64,000 bases of DNA, from NCBI GenBank assembly GCA_040954595.2, contig CM082583.2, forward strand, positions 1,746,925 through 1,810,924, in the 5' to 3' direction. The DNA comes from Balanoglossus misakiensis. Its lineage: Eukaryota; Animalia; Hemichordata. This document shows, one piece after another, positions 12,514 to 25,162 of this stretch. A program made the translations under genes and the position numbers. Each line of letters starts with the position of its first letter. Position 1 is the stretch's first letter. The notes below the pieces were generated by a model that was not told the origin of the DNA, searched no databases, and was given only the letters and a program-made list of their open reading frames with translations.

Positions 12514-13703
12514 TCTTCTTCTTCTTCTTCTTCTTCTTCTTCCGAGAAAATCGGCCAGGTAGATCTGGAAAACCGCTGCACCTAGGGGGCTAAACTTGGT
12601 AGGGTGATAGGGGCCAATGAGTAGACGTGCAGTGGCTCGTGAATATTTATTTAGTCACGTGACCTGGCGGCCATATTGGATTTCCTGAAAATCGTTAAAC
12701 GAGTCCTTCTCAAATTTGGTGTGCAGGTAGCCTACCTTCTGTCCATCATTTTACCCCATTGAAATCATGACGTCACACAAAGTTTTTTTGCTACAATTGT
12801 TTTTCTGAAAAACTACTTAAAACTTTAAAAATCTTCTTCTCCAGAACCAGCGATTGCCGAGTCACGGGATTCGGGGTATGTGGTCACCTAACCTATGTTA
12901 TCAAGTTTGCGGAGCGCACTGTGATTGGTCGATCATTATGGTGGCCATGTTGGATTTTCGGAAAACCATTGAAAAATGAAAATTCTGTTTTGTAGCCAAA
13001 ATGTTGACAGCACGTAAATTCTTTTTTTGGATATGAGTCATCATATGACCGGAAGTTGTTACAATTTTTCGGGGCAATTTTGACATGACCTTTGACCCAG
13101 TTTTAAAACAACTAATTATATATGCATATTCCCCATACCTCCTCTTGTAAAAGCACCACAGTCATGAATTTTGTGGACATGGGTACCAATGCTGCCAGGA
13201 CATGACACAACTATTTTGGTAATTTTGGCAATGACCCTTGACCTATTTCTGAAACATCATTTTTCTGCATATCTAATTCCAGGCTAACCAATAGGGCTAG
13301 AGGTCTGGTTTTAGTTGGACATGGCCCACTCTGGGGTCAAAATTTTATGCCCAAATTTTGGGTGACCTTGGATGACCTTTGATCTAATTTCCCATATCTC
13401 AGCATCCACAGCAGTTAGAGTCCTGGCTTTTGGAGGGCGGATGGAGCAGATATGGTGTCTTACACAAGACCTCATTAATTATGCGCATACCTAATTCTAG
13501 GCGAACCAATAGAGCTAGGTGTTTGGTTTTTGTTGGACCTAGACTAGTATGGGGTCCGATTTTTTTGCCCAAATTTGGGGTGACCTCAGGTGACCTTTGA
13601 CCTACTTTCCAATATCTTGGTATCCACAGCAGATACAGCCTTGGCATTTGCTTGTTACCATGGGAACCGCTTGTGCCCCGCCAACGCTGCTTGCAGCTTT
13701 AAT
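12514..13703 (+). mobile_element. HINE-like body 3 (no head, more diverged)
   Basis: Starts with (ttc)n, shares core motifs, and ends gcttgtgccccgccaacgctgcttgcagctttaatt. Confidence 0.7.
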
Positions 13704-13941
13704 TGTATTTTGCATTTTCTCACGGTGGCGACCATATTCCTTTGCGGCGAAGATTTATTATTTGTCTGGTTTAAACTTGCATATGCACTCATACTTAGGG
13801 TTCATAATACTTGTACATAGTTCAGTGCATACTTCTGTATGGGCTAAAGGTGGTGCAGTTTGAAAAAAGTGTGATAATTTCCCAAAAGTACCAGCTGATG
13901 CACCGATTTATGTCTAATCTCTGTTTTGAATTTCTTGGCAG

Positions 13942-16900
13942 CTTAACCCAAGTTGATAGTACCCTTCTTGTCCTGGACAGAAGTCTATCTGTCAGTACAA
14001 ATGGTGTAACCGTATCAGTTGATGACAACTCGTGGCATAATGTTGTCATGGTAATTGAAGAAGGCATTGTGGCAGTTTACTTGAATGGTGTTGCAGTAAC
14101 ATCACCCCTTCCATCCTGGACAGGTATCGCTGACTCAGAAAAGTAAGTTGCTAGTGGAACTCCGAACATTTTTAACTCCTACAAATTCATAGAAAATTGT
14201 CATCATCTCATGTTAAAATTCTATATTTTCCTATACTGTCAAGTTTTCCCAAGCCTCAAGAGAAGTGAACCATTTATTTGTGAAGCAGTTATCTTGTTTG
14301 TAACTTATCTGCTAGGTAGCTTGTCTTACTCCTACATGACAATACAATATCATCATAACATGTTGCGACTTACAACAAAACTGGCCAAAAAAATCAAGGG
14401 AGCAAACTATGGACATCAGCAAAGCTATCTTCGTGGCACTTTCAAATTCAAACTTATGCGGAACGATACTGATTTTCACAGTTTATTTTTGACAACTTCT
14501 TACCAGCACTTTTAATGAATTCATTATTCTCTTGTTTTTCAACAGCTGTATGGTAATTCTTGGTCAAAGCTATGACGAAAATGGACTCCTTGACAACTAT
14601 TTTAGCTTCCATGGTGATGTTACACAGATGAATGTATACGATTATGTATTGACTCCTGTTGAAATCCACAGTCTGGCTTTGAACTGTTCACAAAGTCCAC
14701 TTGGCAATCATGTCATGTGGGTTGAAATGGATCAAGAGTTATTGGGTAGTGTGGTCAAAATCCAGCCATCAGCTTGTGGAAGTACCAGGTGCCCAATTGG
14801 TTACTCTGGTTCACCATGCACACCTGTTGGTAAATAGCCTTATTCATTACTATCAAACAATTTTATGCATAATCTGACGAGGAGAAATTGGGTCACAGAG
14901 TTGATTAATCCTAAATCCTTACTTTAACACAGCTCTCCTTGTAATGTTGTGTCTGTCCAGGGAAAACTGTGTGAAATTTTGAGTAGTTTTTCCTGTGTAC
15001 ATTCACCAGCCCCTAGCTGCTGTGTGTTGTACTCCAATAAAACAGCCTGCAATCTCCCTACTTTAGGAAGTATAGGGAATCATCATCTGCCCATGCCTGT
15101 ATCGCTCACTCTTTTTGTTTCTACCGTACATGTATTTAACACTGAATGTAATGATACTATTCACAACCACCATCATCATCATCATAATCATCATCACCAC
15201 CACCACCACCATCACCATCATCATCATCATCGTCATCATCATCACCATCATCATCATCAGTTTCTGCTGTTCCAAGAACTAGGCTTATCATGAGTGTAAT
15301 TGATCATATCAGTTATTATGCCTATGGATACCATCTCATGACTCCTGTCCTATCTTGTAGTGTTTCTTGACAGTGATCTAGTCTATTCACATGTATCAGA
15401 AAACAAGCACTTAACAATATCTGGATTTCTCATGAATATGTGACAGATATTAACATCTAGTAGTGCATTTACCTAAATGTACCAGTGTATACATAGGGGG
15501 TGTGGACCAGTTGTTTAATTTACAAACATTTGTTATTCTTTCACTTTTTTTTCTTCAGATAAACACGCTCCTGAAGTCATTTACTGTCCCAATACGACCC
15601 GTATAATTAGTCCTAATAGCTTGACAACAGGAGTATGGCAGGAGCCTATATTTACAGATGATGTCGCCATTGCCAATGTGACACAAACCTACACAATGGG
15701 TAAGTTTCCTATAAAATATCATTTCTGATTATAGATAATATATAACATTCACACTAACTAAGTTTTTTTTATCGGGGTGGGGTGGGGAGTTGATCTAAAC
15801 AGAAACCAACAAGCTGAGACAACTTTCCTAAGATTATGGTCAGTATGAAGCATACTGGTACAGTTTATTCTTGTGGCCGTTACTCATATATGGCTAGCAC
15901 ATCCTATGTGCGACAGATGATCTTGCTTCCAAGTATTAAAGCCTCAATTGCTGATACTATTACCATATGTTTATAGGCCCTTTCCTCGATCCCAGGGCAG
16001 TACAATGAAGTTAAAACTCGAAAGCATTTGTGTTTGCACGTAATTGTGTATTGGAAACAAAAGATTTGACCAACTGTTGAGCAAGGCCTTTAATCAGTAA
16101 AGTACTTAATATTCTCCACTACTACTGGGGATACCCATACCACAAATGTTGTGTTCTCTTACAATGGGCAGTTGAATAAACGTGTGCGGCACCATATCTG
16201 TTTAGTATACATATCTTGTTCATGTTTATATGTACAGTCACAATCAGGAGTTGATAATATGCCTGTGTATACCCACCAGATAGCTCACTTAAATGGACCA
16301 TTCTAAGTTTGAAAAGAAAATCATGAAAAACATTCAAGAAACGGAAGCTATTTTGGCTTTAGCACCCATGCCTGTAATGATGTGCATAATTTTGTTCTTA
16401 CAGGTGACACCTTTTCCTGGGGAACCTACCAGATCAGCTATGTTGCTTCAGATACAGCTGGCAACAATGCACAGTGCAACTTTTTACTCTATGTACTGCG
16501 TGAGTGAATTGTTTTATCATTCATACATAAACTTTAAAAATTAATTAATATCTTGACAAATTGTCATCTCTACCCCTTGTTATGTCTTGTCACATACTGT
16601 AAAACGGGACATTTTCGTGACAGAAAATATTTTGCAATATATCAAAAGAGGCAACTGTGACACGAGAATTAAATTTCCGCATTCTAGTATTTTACTAACT
16701 ACTCTGTTATCTCTGAAAAACATTTTATGCGACTTTATTTTCTTCTTCTTTTTTGCCGAAGTTTGGGAAAATTTGCCGTTTTACAGTAATATGATTGCAT
16801 CATTATCACTTTTGTCCCTATGTAACTATCAAAAATTATAACAACATCATTCAAAACATACAAGGACACTCAAACCCGTCTAAAACAAACCCTGTCTAAT

Positions 16901-19900
16901 CGGGAAACCTCTCTTCAACCAACAGCTTTTCCTAGTCCCTTTTACATAGAAACATGTTAATGCGTTGGTGTTCTGTTTAAAAGATTTGACTGTGTAATAA
17001 ATATGGGTGTCACACATACACCATTAAGACAGTTCTGAAGCATCTCAGAATTGATACTGTCTTAAAAAAACATGTGTGGACGGTGTAAGTGGTCCTGAAA
17101 CGTCTCAGATTTGAGACGGCTCTGCCAGCCAGACCTGAGCCGGTGTAAGGATTAACACCTCTCCGCAACCCATTGTCTATGGGGCCGAGCCTCAGCGCCC
17201 ATACATAAACTTTGTGTGTGTGGACACAACATGACTCAAAGGATTAATGCTCTGTGGTTAGCACTGGCAAATAGTGTCTCAAATTTTACCCTGTGTGAAC
17301 CTGGTAAAAGAGGCATTGTGCCCTAGTGGCTAGGGTTGTGGGTTCGTTACCTAGACCAGGACATTTGGGTAGTATTTGCCTGTTGGATGATATATGAGAC
17401 ACAGACATTTGGGTAGCATTTGCCTGTTGGATGATAGATGAAATAAAATTAAAAATATATATATAGACAAATAAACTGTGTTCTCCTTTCTTTTACAGCA
17501 TTTGATTGTGAAAAGCCAGCACCACCAGTTAAAGGTATTTCCATCTGTAATGAGTTTGAGTCGGGTGTGTTCTGTCAGGTGGATTGTTTACCAGGATACA
17601 AGTTTGCAAGCCTGCCAGCACCTTACTATCTCTGCCATAGTGAAGGATCTTTTAATCCTGAGAATCCAGACGAGGAATTCACCTTCTCTGGATGTTCAGG
17701 TGAGAAAAAAATGATTTGGTATCAGTAAAGAAATATAATCAGGTTGCACATGCACATTCAGAAAATTCTCCAAAGAGAGAGAGTTGTGAGAGGGGGTATT
17801 CCAGCATTGAGACAATTTTCTTTTAGTTATAAATGAAAAGAGAAATATGAGTAATGCAAATTCTTGCTTTACAGTATGTCAAGGTTGTGATTACAGGTAG
17901 ATAATTTGTTAACATCATATCTGCTTACCCCAATATAAAGCTCCAGTACATTTGAGCTATTTTCTTAATATTTTGTTCTGGGTAAGCAGCTGTAACTTTC
18001 CTGATTGGCTAAGCGGTTTCGCAGTCTAAGTCAATACATCGTTCGCTAGATTGAAAATTGCATCTTTAACAAAATTTGTTTGTTTGTATTGTTCTACTGC
18101 AGCTCCTGGGAAGACTCAACGTGGAGTGAATTGTGGCGTGTCATACAATTCACAGGCTGGTACATGTAACAATGGTGTCATCCAGCAATTGAGGATCAGT
18201 TTTATGAACACTATCAACTATCTGAATGATTTGTTTGGTATTTGTGGCGGTGAATGCAACTTTGATGACCTTGAAATAACCTGCGGCGCCTCAAACCGAA
18301 GAAAGAGACAGGCTGATACTCAGCTTGTGGTTCAGTTCAGTTTCACAACCAATGCGTGAGTAGTAATTGTTATTTTTCGAGTATTTCATTCCCCTTCTGT
18401 TCTATTGAAATGACTTTGGTGACATGTCTAGGGTACTGATCCCAGGCTGTGTGAGGACCAGCTCTGTATTCCCTATACAGCTGGTGTTTGCATTATTGCA
18501 AAATATTCCATTCATGCAAGTGAAAACAAATTATTTTGTGTCTTAACACTCAAACATTTTCAGTTTTTGGCAACCCCATCATTTCTGCCCACCTTCCTTC
18601 ATGTTGCGGCATCCTGTATTCTAAAGATTCATGCATTCGAAATATACTGCAAAACGTGTTATTTTCGCGAGCAGTAAATTTCTGCAAAACATGTGCTGGT
18701 CAAAAAAACGTTAAAATAAAAAGTTGTGTAAAATGTTTTTGGAGATAATGATGCAGTTAGTGAAATACGAGAACTCGAAAATTCGTCCTCACGTAACAGT
18801 CACCTCTTTTAATATCGCGAAAATTTCCTGTCGTGAAAACAACTCAGTTTACAGTACACACTTCTGGTTGGTATTGTAATGTGGCATATGTAAGAATTTT
18901 TTGCCTGTTGTTTTATCCATTAGCTCTGCTGATGCTGCAGCTGTAGTTATTGAAGATGCAGTCAAGAATGGTCCTTTTGATACAGCTGAATATTCGGTCG
19001 ACGCTGAGACATTACAAGTTGAAAGTACAATATTCTGTTCCAATGGTAGTGTTCTTGTTGGAGAAGAATGTGGTGAGTGCCTATACTCCTCAGTTGTTAT
19101 GTACTTTAACCCTTTCACTCCCAGTTTCCTCTATAGAGGTCAAACCTTACCATAGAAAACAATTGGTTTGGACTGAACCATGGTGGTGAAAGGATTAAAA
19201 CTTTGTCCAAAATTAATATTATAAAAAGGTGTAGATGTTAATATGTTTATATCGCCTGATATGACCTGTTAGGTGGGCCGTATTGCTGCGAGTGTGGTTG
19301 TGAGTCGCAGTGTACAAATTAAAGACAAGTGTGAGTGGTAAATACAACCCAACCAAGAGGTGATATAAGGAAATAATTGATTTGATATGCTCATACCAAG
19401 GAGGGACAAAGTCTCTTTCTCGCTGCCCTTTTTCCATTAATTATGTTTGATAGAAGACACAGTTAATGTTATTCTACATGTGGATATATAGTGAATCAAC
19501 ATTCAACCACACACAACTGCAATCCCACTTGTAGACACAAAAGTGAAAAACTGGCCAAAATGAATGCTGTGTGTTACAATTGTAGTTGTGTTTTAAACCA
19601 TTAATGCATAATGATCAGTACATGAACAATGTATACATCTGCCTTCAACATTTTGTATTTCCACAGTATTGTGTCCTGAAGGGTCGTACCATGACACTGA
19701 GCTGAGTCAGTGCCATCCTTGTGCAATTGGATATTATCAACCCCTTGAAGGACAAACAGCATGCAATGCCTGTCCAAATAATGGAGTCACCAGGGGAAAG
19801 AGATCATTATCCATCTTGCAGTGTTTTGGTATGTATAACAGAAGGCAATATCTCCTCCTCGTCCACAGCCATAGCCTAGTATCTAGCCGTATTTTGTCCG

Positions 19901-22900
19901 CTTTGCTTCCAAAACTAGCGTCTAGCCTCACTCATGCCACTGGCCCGATAAAACCCCATACCCCTTGCCGGGAATTGTGACGTATATATCAAATTATTGT
20001 GGTGTGATCCAATATGGAAAGAATGACAATTGGAATGTTCATCTCTTTGGTTGAAAAAATAATTTTTCAACAATGATGTCTATTGCAGAGAGGTGCGATG
20101 TTGGTCACTACTTTGACAACGGGACTTCTCAGTGCCAAAGCTGCCCCATTGGATTCTGGCAATCAGAAGAAGGAAAGTTTGTGTGTAATACTTGCCCAAA
20201 GGGAATGCTTACATTAGTTGAAGGAGCTACTGATGAGTCACAATGTCAGGGTAGGTACTTGTGTTATTTGCTATTCTTGACTATCAATCACATGATCTGG
20301 CCATGTGACGTACCCATGGCGTTATCATTTGTAAGTGACAGGCAAGCAATATTTCCGCATCCAGTAAACTTTTTTCCGAGTAGGTTTTTACTTTAGAACC
20401 GCCAGATATGTAACATATTCAACAGTTTAACAAATTCACGTGAGTGAAAAGCAGATAATCGTGAATATCAAAAAATTAATCTTCTCAATTACAGAGGTAT
20501 GTAAATCAGTGGGAGTCCAACTTAGTGTCAATGGGTCTTGTGAGTCGTGTCCCATGGGAACCTATCGATCAAATGCTGAACTTCAGCCATCTTGTATGCC
20601 GTGCCCATTTGGCTTCACCACAAGAACAGTCGGTTCAACCTTAAGTGAAGATTGTAATGTTTGTAAGTATTATGTATACAACTTTTCATGTTGTATCTCA
20701 ACTGTACTGAACTGAAGGTTGTATTATTGTGCCTCAGTTGTTCAGAATAATGATAGTCCTTCAATTTTATTCTATGCTCTTTTTCCATTCCATCAACAGC
20801 TTACTGCAATGTTGGTTGGTACTTGAATCAGGAGTCCTATAGATGTGAGAAATGCCCTGTTGGAACATATAACTTTGAATTCAACCAGGATGCTTGTCAA
20901 CCATGCCCAACTGGCTACACTACAGGCAGAGAGGGTGCCCTATATGAAACAGAATGTGATGGTAGGAATAATTTTTCATAATCATAGAACTGATAACATG
21001 CATGAAGTGCTTGTGGAGATCAACCTTAACTGTTCAATCTGACACAAACACTTCATTCTAAGAAATTTTCTTCTTTATTTAGAGTATCATTTGATATGTT
21101 GTGTGATCCAATATTTTTATATAATTTAATAATGCTCCTCTTTTAACACCTTTTCTGAAAATTTCACGGAAATAACAATATTGTAATACTGTTTTCTCAG
21201 AATTCTACATGTTAGGCTATGGAATGTGATAACCATGCACTGCATCTGGGTAGTCATCTAACTTAAAGGTATACAGTCACCTCCAATTTACAAACGCCCA
21301 TATATGGCTGAAATGGAGTATATGAGAGTTCTAAAGAACATATGGTGGCGCTCTTTTTTGCATGTGCCACCCACTGAAAATCTGTGATTGGCTAGATCTC
21401 CTTTTGCCATGGTAACTATAGCTAATTTTCCATAGGTGACCGTATACCTTTAACTGGTGATATGTATGAAGATCCCATAGTTTTATTTGGTGGTCAGTTA
21501 AAGACATTGCAAGAATTTTTGTTTTCTAGATGCACATGAATGTCGTCTTGGTCTGGATGACTGTCACCCAAATGCCACTTGCAGGAATCTTGTACCAGGA
21601 TATGAATGCACTTGCAAAACTGGTTTCACTGGTGATGGAATAACTTGTACAGGTATGTAACTATCTACAACTGAAATGTCAACAGAAATATGTACAGCTA
21701 AAACGTAGACACTACTGTTGATTTTATGCCATTAAAGGGACAAAGTATCTCTCTTGCTGCCCTTTTTCCATTAATTATGTTTGATACAAGACACTGTTTA
21801 TGTTATTCACCCGGTACATGTGGATATATAGTGAATCAACGTTCGACAGCACACAACTTCCATTCCGTTTGTAAGAAATGAATCTACAAGTGGGTTTAGT
21901 TCTTGTCTAATACAAATGGTTCGTCAGGTAGAATAATGTGATGTGATTTTATTCTTGTGTCTAGACAAATGTGAAGGGTTCTGCTCAAACAATGCTGTTT
22001 GCATCAAGAACAGTGATGGCAATCCTGTTTGTGAATGTACTGATGAATATCAAGGTGAAACTTGCCGCCAGAGAATACCAATGCAAGTTAAAGGTGTGTA
22101 TACATTTCTTTGTCTTTTAATAACTCAAGATTAAAAAACAATATTCACTAAAGTTTACACATTTGTTTGATCTACATGATTACAGTTTACGTTGTCTTGA
22201 AAATATTTATGAAAATGGTGAAACTGCAACATCTGCAGTATAACTAGATTTTTGGTCAACTAACCATTTTACAATAGTTAAGCATCATAATGAATGGTTT
22301 TCTTGCTTTTATCATAGCATATCGCCCCCGTGACAAATAGAAATATTTAAACTCTTACAGATTCCTCTGTTGACACATCTGTCATCATTGGTGGTGTTGC
22401 TGGAGGTTTAGCGGCTGTGTTAGTGCTTGGTGTAATAATGTTACTCATGTACCAACGGTAAGTTATTTAGTACTACCAGAGTAGAATCGAGACAGCTGTA
22501 GAAATGTTGCCCATCAGAAAACTGGGAATTTACCTGTATCTTTCCATACATGCATGAGGCAACGTGAAAAATAATCACATCTGTATCGTAGAAGCAAATT
22601 TATTCAAAGAGTTCATGCATAGACCTATTCGCGTATAGGGTAACTGCAGTGCATCATGGTATAATTTGCGTTCAACATGCATGGCGGCTAACAAGGCAAA
22701 GTCACGCGACCAGACCGCAAAGTGTCCAACAACCACCTGCGTTATTCTACAGTAGTAACCACATCACAACAAATCCCACATTGATGATGTTCAACTATTT
22801 GACATTCAGGTGTGCTCTTGGAGGAAAGAAACATCCAGGCTGGGAAGAACAAGAGGCAACTATGGATATCCATTGGTTTGATGATACAGATGATGTTGAT

Positions 22901-23074
22901 AGCAAGGCAGGGGAAAGTGTGGAAGATGAGGAAGCCTTCAGAGAAATCTATCACTACAATCCCATGTATAGTGGCGACAGTGGTAGTGCCAGTGGAAGTG
23001 AGGAATGGAGACCAAGGCCTCTTAAGAGTAGAAATGAACTATTTCATGAGAGTCACGGAGACAGATACTTCTAA
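13942..23074 (+). CDS. 3' part of an SVEP1/polydom-like multidomain type I membrane protein (pentraxin/LamG - HYR - sushi - SEA-like - 4x GCC2/GCC3 ephrin-receptor-like Cys repeats - 2x EGF - TM - acidic tail with NPxY)
   Basis: Exons with canonical ag/gt: 13942-14142, 14546-14829, 15559-15699, 16404-16499, 17499-17699, 18103-18355, 18924-19072, 19667-19828, 20089-20250, 20495-20662, 20800-20961, 21530-21652, 21965-22093, 22361-22457, 22810-23074. Motifs: DNSWHNV, SFHGDVTQMNVYDYVL, SDTAGNNAQCNF, RRKRQ furin site, CHPCAIGYYQ, VIIGGVAGGLAAVLVLGVIMLLMY, YNPMY. The 5' exons are not in the window. Confidence 0.88.
15163..15258. repeat. (CAT/CAC)n trinucleotide microsatellite, intronic
   Basis: Directly visible. 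Confidence 0.95.
16595..16788. mobile_element. TA-flanked MITE (ctgtaaaacgg...ccgttttacag); related copy at ~18645-18856
   Basis: Short terminal inverted repeats flanked by TA, non-coding. Confidence 0.6.
21267..21449. mobile_element. TTAA-flanked MITE (Kolobok-like)
   Basis: ttaa|aggtatacagtcacct...aggtgaccgtatacct|ttaa. Confidence 0.75.
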
Positions 23075-23561
23075 TGTGCCATCTCTGTGTGTACATGTAT
23101 GGTATAATTCAAATGATAACTAGAATGGTTTTCATTTTGTGAGTTGACACAGTACTGTGATAAGCTTGGTATAATCCCATAAATGATAACAATAATAGTT
23201 ATGCTTTGTCAGACGACAGTACTGTGATAAGCGCACATTAAATTGGTTGGAGTGAAACAGATCTTTATTATTACACTCTTAGCAACATCTGAATGAAATG
23301 ATCATAAATAATCATCTTTAAAGTATGTTGGTTATAAGGCTATATATTTTACATATTTTAAAGAATTTTCCTTAAAAATTTGTTATGACTTATTATAAGG
23401 TATTGTGTAATGAGAAAGATATGATAATACGAGAATTCCTAAACAACAACATATTTGTGTTGAATTTGGAGGACAAATTCAACAGTGTACCAATTCAGCT
23501 CTCCCTTTGCATGCTGACTTGCTTCTGTATTCATACAAGGCAGCATTTATCCTTAACTTGA

Positions 23562-24783
23562 TCAGATAGAAGGTCTTTTCATCCAAATGCATAGATTATG
23601 AATTATTTCTCTCAATATATTCAGTGACTACCTCCCGATGATATATATCCTCCTGAATTAGTGCTTCAAATTTTGATATTTTTCTTGATATTTTTCTTTA
23701 ATTTGACTTCAACCATCACCATTCTCCAAGACTGTAAAAGAAGGGAGATGATGATTAACTATTATCAATTTTTTTGCCCCTTGTACTGTCTTTACAACTG
23801 GCCGTATAAATCTGATATTTGTTTGGCATGCGAATTTTGGAATATGGATGTGTATGATCACAATTATAAGATCCTCAAAATAAAAGATCCTATCATTTCA
23901 TTTGGTTAATAACCAGTTCATAGGTGAATGAAAATATAGTTACTCACTTTGTGACCTGACATGTATATATAATAATTCAAAGTATTTATTCGCATATTTT
24001 TACATTATTCATGGTGTTATAGATCAATGGAAATTTTTCAAATTAAATTCATGTATATAAAATGTAGCAATGTAATGTCATATGTGAAACCCTTAATCTT
24101 GATATTGTAATTCATTGTAGAATATGATTATATTGTGTTATTCACTCAACTTGTGCATGTATGTTTAAGATTCATGCAAAATTACTTTTTTATACAAACT
24201 GTTCCTTTTTGTGTTGTTCGGAGGTGACAACTCATCAACAATGAAATAAGTTTGGGAAATTTTTGAACAAAGTCATGAAGTGGAAGTACTATAAATAAGT
24301 TTAATATCTGTTTGAGTTGTCCTGCCAGAAGTCAACATTTTTAGCTTGTACAAATACTGGTGCAACTACAGAACAGTTGAAGAATTTCATCATTATATTT
24401 ATGTTTTAATTACAAGTATATCAATTGTACCTTTTCCTTATATTAAAAGCATATTTTTATTATAATATTTAACTGAGTTCTTTGTCTACTTTTTTAAACT
24501 GACAATTTGTCAGTCATTACCATAACCCTGGAGTGTATTTCACTGTGTCCAGAGATTCTTCTGTAGTTGTTATAATAAGACATCAAACCAGGTCCAATAA
24601 TCAATATTACTCAAGCTAAGCTAATTACCAGGTCCAGGTTCAAAAAAGAAATAAGAGAAAAACTTACAATTTCAACAGGATCATCTTGAACCACTGCTAA
24701 GTGGTAGTACTCGCACAGGGGGCTGCAAACATGAAAGTTATAAATGGCGGAGTTCCTGCATTTTCCCCCAATAAACATTAATT
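23562..24783 (+). repeat. 1.2 kb direct duplication, copy 1 (3' UTR/downstream region of the SVEP1-like gene)
   Basis: Near-identical to 33699-34919. Confidence 0.95.
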
Positions 24784-25162
24784 GATGAACAGTTTTTGTG
24801 CTTGTTTATTTTTCTGTGTTACCTCCACCTGTCTTAGCAGTTGCTAATCCAGAATACAAGCTATTGCATTTCCCATTAAGCACCTGCTAACGACTTAATC
24901 TGTGTGCCCCATCCACGGATTTAGTGGATTAAGTAAACATCGGTCAGTTCTCACTTGGTAAGAGAATACCCAGTACTCGCTGACCGATGTTTACTTTATT
25001 AACTTAATCCGTGGATGGGGCACACAGATTAAGTCGTTAGCAGGTGATTAATGGGAAATGGATAGCTTTTATTCTGGATTAGCAAATGATAAGACAGGTT
25101 GGGAAAACGCAGAATGGAACGTACTTCGCCATTTATAACTTTCATGTTTGCAGCCCCCTGTG
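24714..25162. mobile_element. Palindromic (foldback) MITE, possibly P-element superfamily
   Basis: TIR cacagggggg ctgcaaacatgaaagttataaatggcg with its complement at 25127-25162. Arms are inverted almost to the centre. Flanks gtactcg/gtactag form an imperfect 7 bp TSD. Confidence 0.8.

Noticed and set aside
14949-15293. Poly-His ORF
   Set aside because: Intronic (CAT/CAC)n microsatellite with no splice or domain support.
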